Positions 8,821-15,389 of a DNA stretch of 39,498 bases are shown here, one piece after another (the stretch's first letter is position 1; each line of letters starts with the position of its first letter). The position numbers were made by a program, and so were the translations under genes. A model generated the notes under the pieces. That model saw nothing but the letters and a program-made list of their open reading frames with translations, was not told where the DNA came from and ran no database searches. The stretch spans positions 1-39,498 of IMG/VR virus record IMGVR_UViG_3300031949_000096, one strand, 5' to 3'. This DNA comes from a virus.

Positions 8821-9020
8821 CAGTGTCGACTCCTGCACCAGGTGACGAAGCAGCTATAGGCAGGGTCGTCGCCGCGTACCGGGACGCAGAAGAAGCGGAC
8901 CTTGCCGTCGGGGCACCGGGGCGCGGCGCGGTTGTCGCCGAGCTCGGTGTGACAGTTCGCGCAGGTGACGACCGTGGGGGCGCCACCGTTGACGTGCAGC
9001 AGCAGTTGAGGCTGGGCCAT
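8820..9020 (-). CDS. Small Cys-containing protein (possible zinc ribbon)
   Basis: 66 aa with CANC...RCPDG...FC...SC. It is translationally coupled to both neighbours. Confidence 0.6.
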   Translation of the reverse strand: MAQPQLLLHVNGGAPTVVTCANCHTELGDNRAAPRCPDGKVRFFCVPVRGDDPAYSCFVTWCRSRH

Positions 9021-9382
9021 TATGCCGCCTCCTCTTTCGTGAGGAAGAGAGTGAACTGCGCCAGCGGCGGACCGCGGACCCAGCCCATGCCGACGTTGAC
9101 GCCGACGACGATGATGTGCACGACCTCGGCGAGGCCTTGCTTGGTCCGCACCTCCCCGACCCTATCGCCGCGGATGTACGCGACGGCCAGGACTGCGCAG
9201 CCGTTGGTGCCGGCGTTGATGCGCTCGACGGCGGCTTCGGTTGCGACTCCCTCGTTGGAGAGCGCCACGAACTGCTCGACCTGCGCTTGAGTGTCGCAGA
9301 TGAGCCCGGTGCCGACGTGCACCTCTTGGGCTAGAGCGACTGACGGCAGGAGTGCCATCAGTAGTGCGACGATGTAGCGCAT
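9020..9382 (-). CDS. Secreted small protein with a signal peptide
   Basis: 120 aa beginning MRYIVALLMALLPSVALA-QE. It has a good SD (GAGAGGAG) and is the first gene after the leader hairpin. Confidence 0.7.
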   Translation of the reverse strand: MRYIVALLMALLPSVALAQEVHVGTGLICDTQAQVEQFVALSNEGVATEAAVERINAGTNGCAVLAVAYIRGDRVGEVRTKQGLAEVVHIIVVGVNVGMGWVRGPPLAQFTLFLTKEEAA

Positions 9383-9399
9383 GGTCTTCTCCTCTCGTT

Positions 9400-9454
9400 T
9401 GAAAAGAACAAGCGCCCGGAAGTTCCACCTCGATGGAGGTGATTAGCCGGGCGC
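9400..9454 (-). terminator. Leader hairpin, candidate terminator or attenuator, in front of the late operon
   Basis: The minus strand reads GCGCCCGG-CTAAT-CACCTC-CATC-GAGGTG-GAACTT-CCGGGCGC followed by TTGTTCTTTTC. This is an 8+6 bp interrupted stem (9412..9454), and the SD and ATG at 9382 follow it. Confidence 0.55.
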
Positions 9455-9467
9455 GTTACTGCTTTTC

Positions 9468-9507
9468 ATAATACCTCTAAAACCGTGTCAAGCCCGAGTT
9501 ATCCACA
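9468..9507 (-). promoter_or_regulatory. Leftward (late?) promoter candidate with a perfect DnaA box
   Basis: The minus strand reads TGTGGATAA (9507..9499)-CTCGGGC-TTGACA (9491..9486)-12 nt-TATTAT (9473..9468). The 12-nt spacing between the hexamers is non-canonical. Confidence 0.5.
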
Positions 9508-9553
9508 CGAGTTAGAGCCATCGTTTGCCTAAAATCACCCTATTTTCAGGATA

Positions 9554-9585
9554 TTGACAAAGTGCATTTGTTATAATGTATATAT
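9554..9585 (+). promoter_or_regulatory. Rightward promoter candidate
   Basis: TTGACA (9554..9559)-12 nt-TATAAT (9572..9577), followed by TGTATATAT. It lies in an AT-rich divergent intergenic region upstream of the plus-strand ORF at 9622. Confidence 0.45.
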
Positions 9586-9621
9586 GCGAGGTCGATTTTA
9601 TTGGCTCTAACTAACACTATT

Positions 9622-9807
9622 ATGCGTGTATATCATGTCAAAGTAGAGTGGCTTTATAAGGGCCGCTACCCGAAGACCTGGGAAGGTCGCGGCCAGGCGA
9701 GCACGCTGCAGGCGGCCATCGCCGCGGCGTCGCGCGACTGGAAGAAGCAGGGGCTCGCGCCCCGGGAGGTCTGCCGCCAGGCGACCGTGCGCGTCACGCT
9801 GGCTTAG
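9622..9807 (+). CDS. Small plus-strand hypothetical protein (61 aa)
   Basis: ATG inside track ORF 9601..9807; MRVYHVKVEWLYKGRYPKTWEGRGQAST... It converges on the HNH gene and overlaps its 3' end by 14 nt. Confidence 0.45.
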   Translation: MRVYHVKVEWLYKGRYPKTWEGRGQASTLQAAIAAASRDWKKQGLAPREVCRQATVRVTLA

Positions 9808-10291
9808 CCGAGTATTGGTTGCGGCCGCCGGAGAAGACATAGCTCATCTGCGACTTGGGGAGGAGCTCCAGGTTGGCGAGCTCGTTGTTGGCCGGGTTGC
9901 GGTCCCGGTGAAAGACACAATGGCCCGAGGGTATCGGGCCGTTTGCTTTCTCCCATACATACCAGTGCAGCAGCAGCCGGCGGCCGTTGACCGTGCCGCG
10001 GAGATGCCCGCCTTTGGTGAGAGTGAAGTTGATGCCGTCGACCACCTGCAGGCCTTTGAGCTTCTTGGTCCGCAGCGGGTAGCCTCGTGTATTAAAAATA
10101 TCGTAGACCGCCTGGCGCGTGCAGCCGTAGAGTTTGCCTATCGTGGCCAGCGACATCCCATCTTTATAGCAGTCGTACATCTCGGCGACTTTAAAATTAT
10201 TCTGTCGCTTCGGGTGCCGGTTGTAGCGTACTTGGTAGCCACGCTCCGGGTCCTTGTCGACGCGGGTGGGCCTTGGGGAGATGGTCCTCAT
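9794..10291 (-). CDS. HNH endonuclease with an N-terminal HTH
   Basis: 165 aa. The HNH motif reads HCVFHRDRNPANNELANLELL, and the HTH reads MSLATIGKLYGCTRQAVYDIF. Confidence 0.8.
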   Translation of the reverse strand: MRTISPRPTRVDKDPERGYQVRYNRHPKRQNNFKVAEMYDCYKDGMSLATIGKLYGCTRQAVYDIFNTRGYPLRTKKLKGLQVVDGINFTLTKGGHLRGTVNGRRLLLHWYVWEKANGPIPSGHCVFHRDRNPANNELANLELLPKSQMSYVFSGGRNQYSAKPA

Positions 10292-10476
10292 ACCAGGTTT
10301 ATACGCAGCCCATGGTGCTCTTGCAAGTGCCGGGAGACCATGTGCCGGTCGCCGTGGTAGCGCAGCATAAGCTGCCGGATGACCGAGAGGGCGTCTTCGG
10401 GCAGTGGAACGCTGCAGGGGGTCGTTTTGAGCGCCTGGATGCCCTTGTGGAAGTGGGGGCCTTGGAGCTTAGGCAT
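10288..10476 (-). CDS. Small hypothetical protein (62 aa)
   Basis: Internal ATG of track ORF 10288..10578. It has an 8-nt overlap with the upstream gene and an ATGA overlap with the HNH start. Confidence 0.55.
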   Translation of the reverse strand: MPKLQGPHFHKGIQALKTTPCSVPLPEDALSVIRQLMLRYHGDRHMVSRHLQEHHGLRINLV

Positions 10477-10771
10477 GGTCCGGGTCGATGGGCTTGATAC
10501 CCTCGGGCTCTCGGAGGAAGCGGGCCCGGGCCGCCGGCGCGTGCTGCAGCCACTCGAGCACGAGCGGGTCGTCGCCAAAAACTACTTTATAGCTGGGCTC
10601 GTGGTAGCCCTTCTTCATCCCGGTCAAAATCGCCGCGTGCTCCCAGGGCAGCATCTCGAGGCCACAGTTGTCCTGGTCCTCGCAGTAGTAGACGCGCCGC
10701 ATAAAGTTCGACGTCGTGAGCGTGCTCTCGCAGTTGGGGCAGCCGCCGGTGAGTATTCGTTTCCAGTCCAT
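10469..10771 (-). CDS. Zinc-ribbon protein (100 aa)
   Basis: Begins MDWKRILTGGCPNCESTL...YYCEDQDNCG. It is trimmed from track ORF 10469..11122 to the ATG that directly follows the upstream stop. Confidence 0.65.
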   Translation of the reverse strand: MDWKRILTGGCPNCESTLTTSNFMRRVYYCEDQDNCGLEMLPWEHAAILTGMKKGYHEPSYKVVFGDDPLVLEWLQHAPAARARFLREPEGIKPIDPDHA

Positions 10772-10772
10772 A

Positions 10773-11210
10773 CTAAAAATTGTTGAAGGCGTCGTCCACG
10801 GCCGCGAGCTCGGCCTGGCTCTGCACCCCGGTCCCCTCTTTGCTCGGCGTGCCGCCGATGCGCATAAAATATCCACGCGGCAAAAATATCTGCGCCCGGT
10901 GCGTGTTGAGTCCGTCCTTGAAGTGCAGAAAAGAGCCGTGCTCATGGAACACGGAGGAGCCCACCTGGTAGGTCGTGCCGGTCTCGGCGTCGATGACGCG
11001 GATGGTCGCTTTGATAGGCAGCAGCTGCTCGGTAAAGACCTGGGCGTCGATGCCCCAGGCGTCGAGCTTGCGGAAGAGGTGCTTGCTCTCCCGGACGTGC
11101 TTGGTAAAAATCCGGCGGCCATCGTCGAGGATGCCGATGAGGCGCTCGAAGTCGCCGTGCTTGATGGTGATGCCGCGGGGCTTGGTGTAGGTTATCTTTT
11201 TCTTTCTCAT
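10773..11210 (-). CDS. Hypothetical protein (145 aa)
   Basis: Begins MRKKKITYTKPRGITIKHGDFERL... The start forms an ATGA overlap with the upstream gene's stop. Confidence 0.65.
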   Translation of the reverse strand: MRKKKITYTKPRGITIKHGDFERLIGILDDGRRIFTKHVRESKHLFRKLDAWGIDAQVFTEQLLPIKATIRVIDAETGTTYQVGSSVFHEHGSFLHFKDGLNTHRAQIFLPRGYFMRIGGTPSKEGTGVQSQAELAAVDDAFNNF

Positions 11211-11383
11211 TTTTTTAGGCACTTCGGAGCGGTGCATAGGGTCTTCGTGCGGTCCGCCCAGGCGCAAGCGTGCGGGTAGTCGGCCACGATGCAGGCCCTC
11301 TCCTCGGTGCAGCCGCATTTGCGGCAGGTGCCCGGGAGCGAGCGGTACTTTTTCTTTTCGGGTGTTGAGGTACTAGAGGCCAT
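11207..11383 (-). CDS. Cys-rich small protein (58 aa), probably metal-binding
   Basis: Contains CRKCGCTEERAC...HAC...C...C, seven Cys in 58 aa. It overlaps the upstream gene by 11 nt. Confidence 0.6.
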   Translation of the reverse strand: MASSTSTPEKKKYRSLPGTCRKCGCTEERACIVADYPHACAWADRTKTLCTAPKCLKK

Positions 11384-11753
11384 AGCGTTTATAAAACTCG
11401 TCGACGAGGTCACCGGCGAGCCCGGCCAGTCGCTCTTCGACGTCCGGCGCGTCCTCGGTGGTGCACGGCACCGACCGCACCTTTTGCCGAGCGAGTATCG
11501 CGAGCGTCGCGTGTATCATCTCGTGGGCCACGATGCCGCGCGTGAGGTGCGTCTTTGAGAAGTAGATGATGGCCGCCTTCCCCGCCGGCATCCTGGCGCG
11601 CTGCGTTGCGCAGTAGGCCATGGTGTCGTTCGCGATGCCGCCGATGCGGTCCTTGCGGATGGCGCGCAGCATCTCCCGCTGGCTCGGATAGATGCGGCAC
11701 TCGACCTTGAGCTTCGTGCCCGGCGCCCGGAAGTTGATGACGTGAGTGACCAT
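11373..11753 (-). CDS. Putative zinc metallopeptidase (HExxH; resembles SprT/Wss1-like proteins by eye)
   Basis: 126 aa. GIVAHEMIHATL is the only HExxH motif in the window. Confidence 0.45.
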   Translation of the reverse strand: MVTHVINFRAPGTKLKVECRIYPSQREMLRAIRKDRIGGIANDTMAYCATQRARMPAGKAAIIYFSKTHLTRGIVAHEMIHATLAILARQKVRSVPCTTEDAPDVEERLAGLAGDLVDEFYKRYGL

Positions 11754-11789
11754 GTGCCCCTATTCTAACTCGGCCGCAAAGGCAGGTCG

Positions 11790-11798
11790 GGTGGATAA
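11790..11798 (-). promoter_or_regulatory. DnaA box, 8/9 match (TTATCCACC)
   Basis: The plus strand reads GGTGGATAA. It lies in the 111-nt gap between the CDSs ending at 11865 and starting at 11753. Confidence 0.4.
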
Positions 11799-11864
11799 CG
11801 TGTGCAAAACGCAGGGAGTCATCGGCCCGGTAGGAGAGCACCAGGAGCTTGCGGGCTGGCTGGG

Positions 11865-12401
11865 TCATAGTGCGAAGAGCGGCGCCGTAGAGGTCTCGAT
11901 GGGTGCGTACTCGCCGATGCGGTCGAGTTGCGTGTCGGAGAGGTCCCAGAAAGGCGTCTCGCGCTTGAGCAGCCCTCCGAAAGTCACACAGTCCTTCTCC
12001 TCCTCGAGGTAGTAGGCCTTATGCCCGGTGGTCTTGTCGATGATGGCGACGCGCGGCACGCTCTCGCCGCGGAGGAACCGTGCGCCCTTTTTGGTGAGTA
12101 GGTAAAAGCCGCGCTCCTCCATCGCGATGAGGCCGTGAAAGCGCGCCCGCGAGAGGTTACCCTCCATCTTGAAAGTCATCCAGCCGCCGGCGACCATGTC
12201 GCGGTAGCTCGAGAAGTCGCTCGCCGGCCGCACCATCTCATTGCCGACATGGACGAGGTTTTGCTTTTTGTCCCGGATGCGGTTGAAGATGGCCAGCACG
12301 ATGAGCGCAGTGCCGCGGTCGAGCGGGAGTGCGTACTCGGTCGTCTGCTTGCAGCAGGAGCACACATTTGGGATAAACTTTTTGCGCTTGGTGAGGCTCA
12401 T
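11865..12401 (-). CDS. Hypothetical protein (178 aa)
   Basis: A clean ORF with an N-terminal CSCC motif. I recognise no domain. Confidence 0.65.
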   Translation of the reverse strand: MSLTKRKKFIPNVCSCCKQTTEYALPLDRGTALIVLAIFNRIRDKKQNLVHVGNEMVRPASDFSSYRDMVAGGWMTFKMEGNLSRARFHGLIAMEERGFYLLTKKGARFLRGESVPRVAIIDKTTGHKAYYLEEEKDCVTFGGLLKRETPFWDLSDTQLDRIGEYAPIETSTAPLFAL

Positions 12402-12437
12402 ATCGCTGCGCCCCGAGAGAGGCGAAGCGGATGGGCC

Positions 12438-12737
12438 CTAGCGAAGCCAGGGGAGGACGTTCTGCGCGTACCACGCGGTGCGAGTGACGTCGTAGCAGCC
12501 TGCCGGGAAGAACCAGGGGCACACGAACGTGTGGCCGCGGCCGTCGGAGAACGACGTACCAGCAGCCACCTGGGGCGTCTGGTCGCCGGTGAGACCCCAG
12601 GGCATCGAGATGAGCCCCGGGTTGCCGTTACCGTTGCACTGCTCGGGCGTGATGTTGCAGTCGACCGCAGCGGAAGCCACCGAGGCGCCACCGAAGAGGA
12701 CTACTGCAAAGGCGAGAGCGAAAATTGCGTTTTTCAT
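12438..12737 (-). CDS. Secreted Cys/Trp-rich small protein
   Basis: 99 aa with the signal peptide MKNAIFALAFAVVLFGGASVASA-AVDC. The mature part has 4 Cys. Confidence 0.7.
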   Translation of the reverse strand: MKNAIFALAFAVVLFGGASVASAAVDCNITPEQCNGNGNPGLISMPWGLTGDQTPQVAAGTSFSDGRGHTFVCPWFFPAGCYDVTRTAWYAQNVLPWLR

Positions 12738-12911
12738 AGCAAAATTAAATTAAGTTGTTTCTAATATCGACCTTCGAGTGGAGGTGGTGGGAGTTGCACC
12801 CACTAGCCGGGCTACCGTCGGAGCCGCTCCTTGGGGGGTTGAGCTCCATCGCCGCGCGGGTTTTGAGGATAGAAAGCCTCATGCGGTCTACACCGCCTCA
12901 CCCCCGCGCGT

Positions 12912-13106
12912 CTACTTCTTCTCCACCCGGATGACCTCTAACGACTCGACCCACGCCTCACCTTTGCCCGCGAGCGGTGCTACTAGGTAGCGGTCGCGGT
13001 TGTAGGTGCGCTTGTAGTCGAGTATCTCCACCTTGACCTGCATCTTGCCCATCGTAATGAGCGCGTGCCGGCCGACGAGGCGGAGCTTGTCTTTCAGTCC
13101 GGGCAT
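12912..13106 (-). CDS. Small hypothetical protein (64 aa, beta-rich)
   Basis: Begins MPGLKDKLRLVGRHALITMGKMQVKVEILDYKRTY... This is the internal ATG of track ORF 12912..13187, so the start is uncertain. Confidence 0.5.
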   Translation of the reverse strand: MPGLKDKLRLVGRHALITMGKMQVKVEILDYKRTYNRDRYLVAPLAGKGEAWVESLEVIRVEKK

Positions 13107-13342
13107 ATTTCGATGTACTAGCTGGTAATGTCGAGACGGCCAGCTCACCCCACAGTAGTCATAGCGATGGGGTCTTGTGGCCCCCATGCGACGGTCCCCA
13201 CAAAGGTCCGGCTCGCTTTTCCATCATCCTCGCCGCACCCGAAGGTGCACTGGGTCATGCGCTCCCAGCTCGCAAAGTCGAAGGTAGGAACTCCTCGACT
13301 CCGGCGCTACTGTGTGAAGAGCTGGCTGCCTCTCTGCCCCTA

Positions 13343-13372
13343 TGTATATCACTATCCCTATAGGGATAGCAA
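13343..13372 (-). promoter_or_regulatory. Promoter candidate whose spacer carries most of an 18-bp perfect palindrome (operator candidate)
   Basis: The minus strand reads TTGCTA (13372..13367)-18 nt-TATACA (13348..13343) with TG two nt upstream of the -10. The palindrome CTATCCCTATAGGGATAG occupies 13352..13369. Confidence 0.5.
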
Positions 13373-13375
13373 GGG

Positions 13376-13394
13376 CCCGGTGTGGATAACCGGG
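13376..13394 (-). promoter_or_regulatory. Perfect DnaA box (13381..13389) embedded in a 6-bp inverted repeat
   Basis: The plus strand reads CCCGGT-GTGGATA-ACCGGG. TGTGGATAA is the reverse complement of TTATCCACA. Confidence 0.6.
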
Positions 13395-13435
13395 AGCTCA
13401 TTGTTTTTTCAGGTATATGGCGCTACCTTCACACG

Positions 13436-13618
13436 ATGCCCGGCAAGGAGGAGGACCCGCGCGAAGTGCTGCGACGCTGCGACCGCAACGAACTCCTCAC
13501 TATGCTGATACTCTCGGGTCTACTGATGGTGACATTTGCGGCAGGGGTGCAGCTGGGCGGATGGGCGAGCTCACTGCAGCCGGCAGAAGCGGCGGATAGT
13601 TCTTCTCCGTCCCGATGA
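13436..13618 (+). CDS. Small plus-strand membrane protein candidate (60 aa)
   Basis: MPGKEEDPREVLRRCDRNELLTMLILSGLLMVTFAAGVQLGGW... contains one TM helix. By my hand count, GC3 in the overlap with 13500..13814 is higher in this frame than in the opposing frame. No SD is visible. Confidence 0.4.
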   Translation: MPGKEEDPREVLRRCDRNELLTMLILSGLLMVTFAAGVQLGGWASSLQPAEAADSSSPSR

Positions 13619-13814
13619 GCTCGTAGAAAAGCCACAGGCTCTTCGGCTTGAAATGGTGCTGGATGTGCGGCTTGTCGATGCGCTTGCCTTTCGGCCGGTC
13701 GCCGCCGCGCGTTATCAAAATATCGTGCACCTCCGCTTTGCGGCCTTTGATGAGAGAGAGGCGGCGCCACACCTGGCCTTTGCATATCTTCGGGCCGGTG
13801 AGCTTTCTACTCAT
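13500..13814 (-). CDS. Hypothetical protein (104 aa); the C-terminal third may be read-through
   Basis: The N-terminal 70 aa look protein-like, and the start forms an ATGA overlap with the upstream gene. The last 30 aa or so are Pro/Ala/Ser low complexity and overlap the plus-strand ORF. Confidence 0.5.
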   Translation of the reverse strand: MSRKLTGPKICKGQVWRRLSLIKGRKAEVHDILITRGGDRPKGKRIDKPHIQHHFKPKSLWLFYELIGTEKNYPPLLPAAVSSPIRPAAPLPQMSPSVDPRVSA

Positions 13815-14320
13815 GGCTTAGTGTAGTCGGGCCCGCGGCGCATGACCTCGATGATTTGCTCGAGCGTGTAAGCATCCGGCACGTTCTCCAGCTTGACCGA
13901 GAAGGCGGGGTTGGTGACCACGATAAAGGCCTCCGGCGGCGTGCCCGGCGGCCGCAGCATCTGCAGCTGCAGGATGGTCTCGACACGCCCGGCGCCTTCC
14001 TCGGTGAGCATCACCTGCTGGAAGCGGTCGGAGTTGGGGATTATCTCCCACAGGATGACCACCTTGCGCTGGTAGAGCTCGCGTATAAGGCTCGAGGAGG
14101 CCTGTGCTCCGGCCGGGACGCTACCCTGGCCCATCTGCGACGCCGGCCACGGCACCATACTCGGCCGCTGCGGCTTAACCGAGAGGTCCACGACGGTCCA
14201 CTTGCAGGGAGCGACGTGGCCGTGCTCGATGGTGCAGCCTTCGTGGACGCTGCCCATGTTGCGACCCTCGCAAGTCGGGCAGTGCTTAGTGAGTTTTTTC
14301 GTGTGGCGTTTGGCTACCAT
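13811..14320 (-). CDS. Hypothetical protein (169 aa) with an N-terminal Cys/His cluster
   Basis: Begins MVAKRHTKKLTKHCPTCEGRNMGSVHEGCTIEHGHVAPC... It is trimmed from track ORF 13811..14509 to the ATG 4 nt after the upstream stop. Confidence 0.65.
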   Translation of the reverse strand: MVAKRHTKKLTKHCPTCEGRNMGSVHEGCTIEHGHVAPCKWTVVDLSVKPQRPSMVPWPASQMGQGSVPAGAQASSSLIRELYQRKVVILWEIIPNSDRFQQVMLTEEGAGRVETILQLQMLRPPGTPPEAFIVVTNPAFSVKLENVPDAYTLEQIIEVMRRGPDYTKP

Positions 14321-14324
14321 AAAA

Positions 14325-14537
14325 TTATTCGTCTTTCGGAGAGATGAGGATGTCGTTGTGCACGAGCTTTTTGCGCAGCACCCAGGCCACGATAGTCCAA
14401 AAGACCATTTTGCCCGAGACCGGCGTCTCGAAACTGGCGCGCATCTCCGGCACCCAGGCGCACGGTCCATCCTCATGCGGCGGCCGCCGGCAATAGCCGG
14501 GCTCTCCATGTGGATTTTGTTTGGTGCAGTGTTGCAT
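14325..14537 (-). CDS. Small hypothetical protein (70 aa)
   Basis: It has 4-nt gaps to both neighbours, several Cys/His residues and one hydrophobic segment. Confidence 0.55.
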   Translation of the reverse strand: MQHCTKQNPHGEPGYCRRPPHEDGPCAWVPEMRASFETPVSGKMVFWTIVAWVLRKKLVHNDILISPKDE

Positions 14538-14541
14538 AAAA

Positions 14542-15117
14542 TTATGCCTCCTCGTTCATGCGCAGGATGTCGTCGAGAGCCTCGCGCTCTTCCTCTCCGA
14601 GCGTGTGCTCCACCCGGTCCGTCGGCCGGCCCTCGAGCATGGCGATGCTTTTATCGAGCACCTGCAGGCCGAAGGCGAGCTGGCCGTAGTTGGCGGTGTT
14701 GGTCTCGAGCTCGATGCGCGTGAGCGTTGCCTCGCGTATTTTCTGCAGTCGAGCGAGGTGGTCTTGCACGGTGTCACTGTTGCGAGCGGCCTGCACGATG
14801 CTCGGAGGTTGAGCGTGCGCGGTCGTTTTTGCGTAGCCGGCGGCGAGCATCATCTCCTCTAGGGAGAGGGGTGGGGTTTTACCAATATTCTCCAACATGA
14901 GCTTCTCCAGCTTTTTCCTTCTCTCACTATCCTGCAGCTGCCCAGCTTTTCCATTTTTAAACGCTCTCGCGATGACTGCAGGAGCGGGAGCTGCTGGACG
15001 GCGCACGACCACCGGCGCCGCGCTCACCACCGAGCTCGGGACTACTGCCTTGCGCTTAACAACGCGCACAGTAGGCTCCACCATCACTCTCTTTTTTAAC
15101 TTAGGTCGGATACGCAT
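14542..15117 (-). CDS. Terminase-small-subunit-like HTH protein (second TerS candidate)
   Basis: 191 aa. LSLEEMMLAAGYAKTTAHAQPPSIVQAARNSDTVQDHL resembles the AGYS-type HTH of phage small terminases. The gene lies about 6 kb from terL. Confidence 0.4.
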   Translation of the reverse strand: MRIRPKLKKRVMVEPTVRVVKRKAVVPSSVVSAAPVVVRRPAAPAPAVIARAFKNGKAGQLQDSERRKKLEKLMLENIGKTPPLSLEEMMLAAGYAKTTAHAQPPSIVQAARNSDTVQDHLARLQKIREATLTRIELETNTANYGQLAFGLQVLDKSIAMLEGRPTDRVEHTLGEEEREALDDILRMNEEA

Positions 15118-15172
15118 GGTCTTGTCTTAAAACTCTATCATCACTTCGCGCTCGGACTAAGCGGCACCAGGC

Positions 15173-15207
15173 CAAAAAATCGCGGCGCGGAACTTGTTTA
15201 GGCCGCG
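15173..15207 (-). terminator. Intrinsic terminator candidate
   Basis: The minus strand reads CGCGGC-15 nt-GCCGCG followed by ATTTTTTGG. The stop codon at 15198 lies in the loop. Confidence 0.5.
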
Positions 15208-15389
15208 GCGGCCGCCACTCTCGGCCGTACTGTGAACAACGACACTTGACCCTCCGCCGGCTGGAGTCGCTCGCACTTCGCGCACGTCCTCGCTTTCGCC
15301 CGGGCATAGGAGAAGGCGATGCGCTTGTGGGTGCAGTGCTTGCAGGTGTAGGGATAGACGCTGCGCCGCTTTGTATCCCGGCTCCTCAT
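15198..15389 (-). CDS. Zinc-ribbon small protein (63 aa)
   Basis: Contains CKHC...CAKC. The start forms an ATGA overlap with the upstream gene. Confidence 0.6.
   Translation of the reverse strand: MRSRDTKRRSVYPYTCKHCTHKRIAFSYARAKARTCAKCERLQPAEGQVSLFTVRPRVAAAAA

Noticed and set aside
10868-10880. Additional DnaA-like matches inside coding regions: ATATCCACG near 10874, TTGGGATAA near 12369, CGAGGATAA near 25123, TATGGATAG near 23607, and TTATCCGCC near 1721.
   Set aside because: These are only 7/9 matches, which is the level expected by chance in 39 kb. They lie inside ORFs with no associated promoter-like elements, so I did not count them as boxes.
11410-11868. A 152-aa ORF whose ATG forms an ATGA overlap with the upstream gene, raising the idea of a programmed frameshift into the HExxH gene (11373..11753).
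   Set aside because: In the HExxH frame a TAG lies two codons upstream of the ATG at 11753, so no continuous fusion is possible in the available window. After about 40 aa the 152-aa translation is Arg/His/Gly-rich noise overlapping the HExxH gene. At most it is a short upstream ORF.
12775-12880. Possible tRNA on the minus strand. It has a T-arm-like hairpin (GTGGG-TGCAACT-CCCAC) followed by CACCTCCA.
   Set aside because: The acceptor stem pairs at only 5 of 7 positions. No D-arm can be drawn. The T-loop lacks the conserved TTC (it reads TGC). The total length is about 69 nt with no sensible anticodon arm. I treat it as a structured 5' UTR of the 12438..12737 gene.
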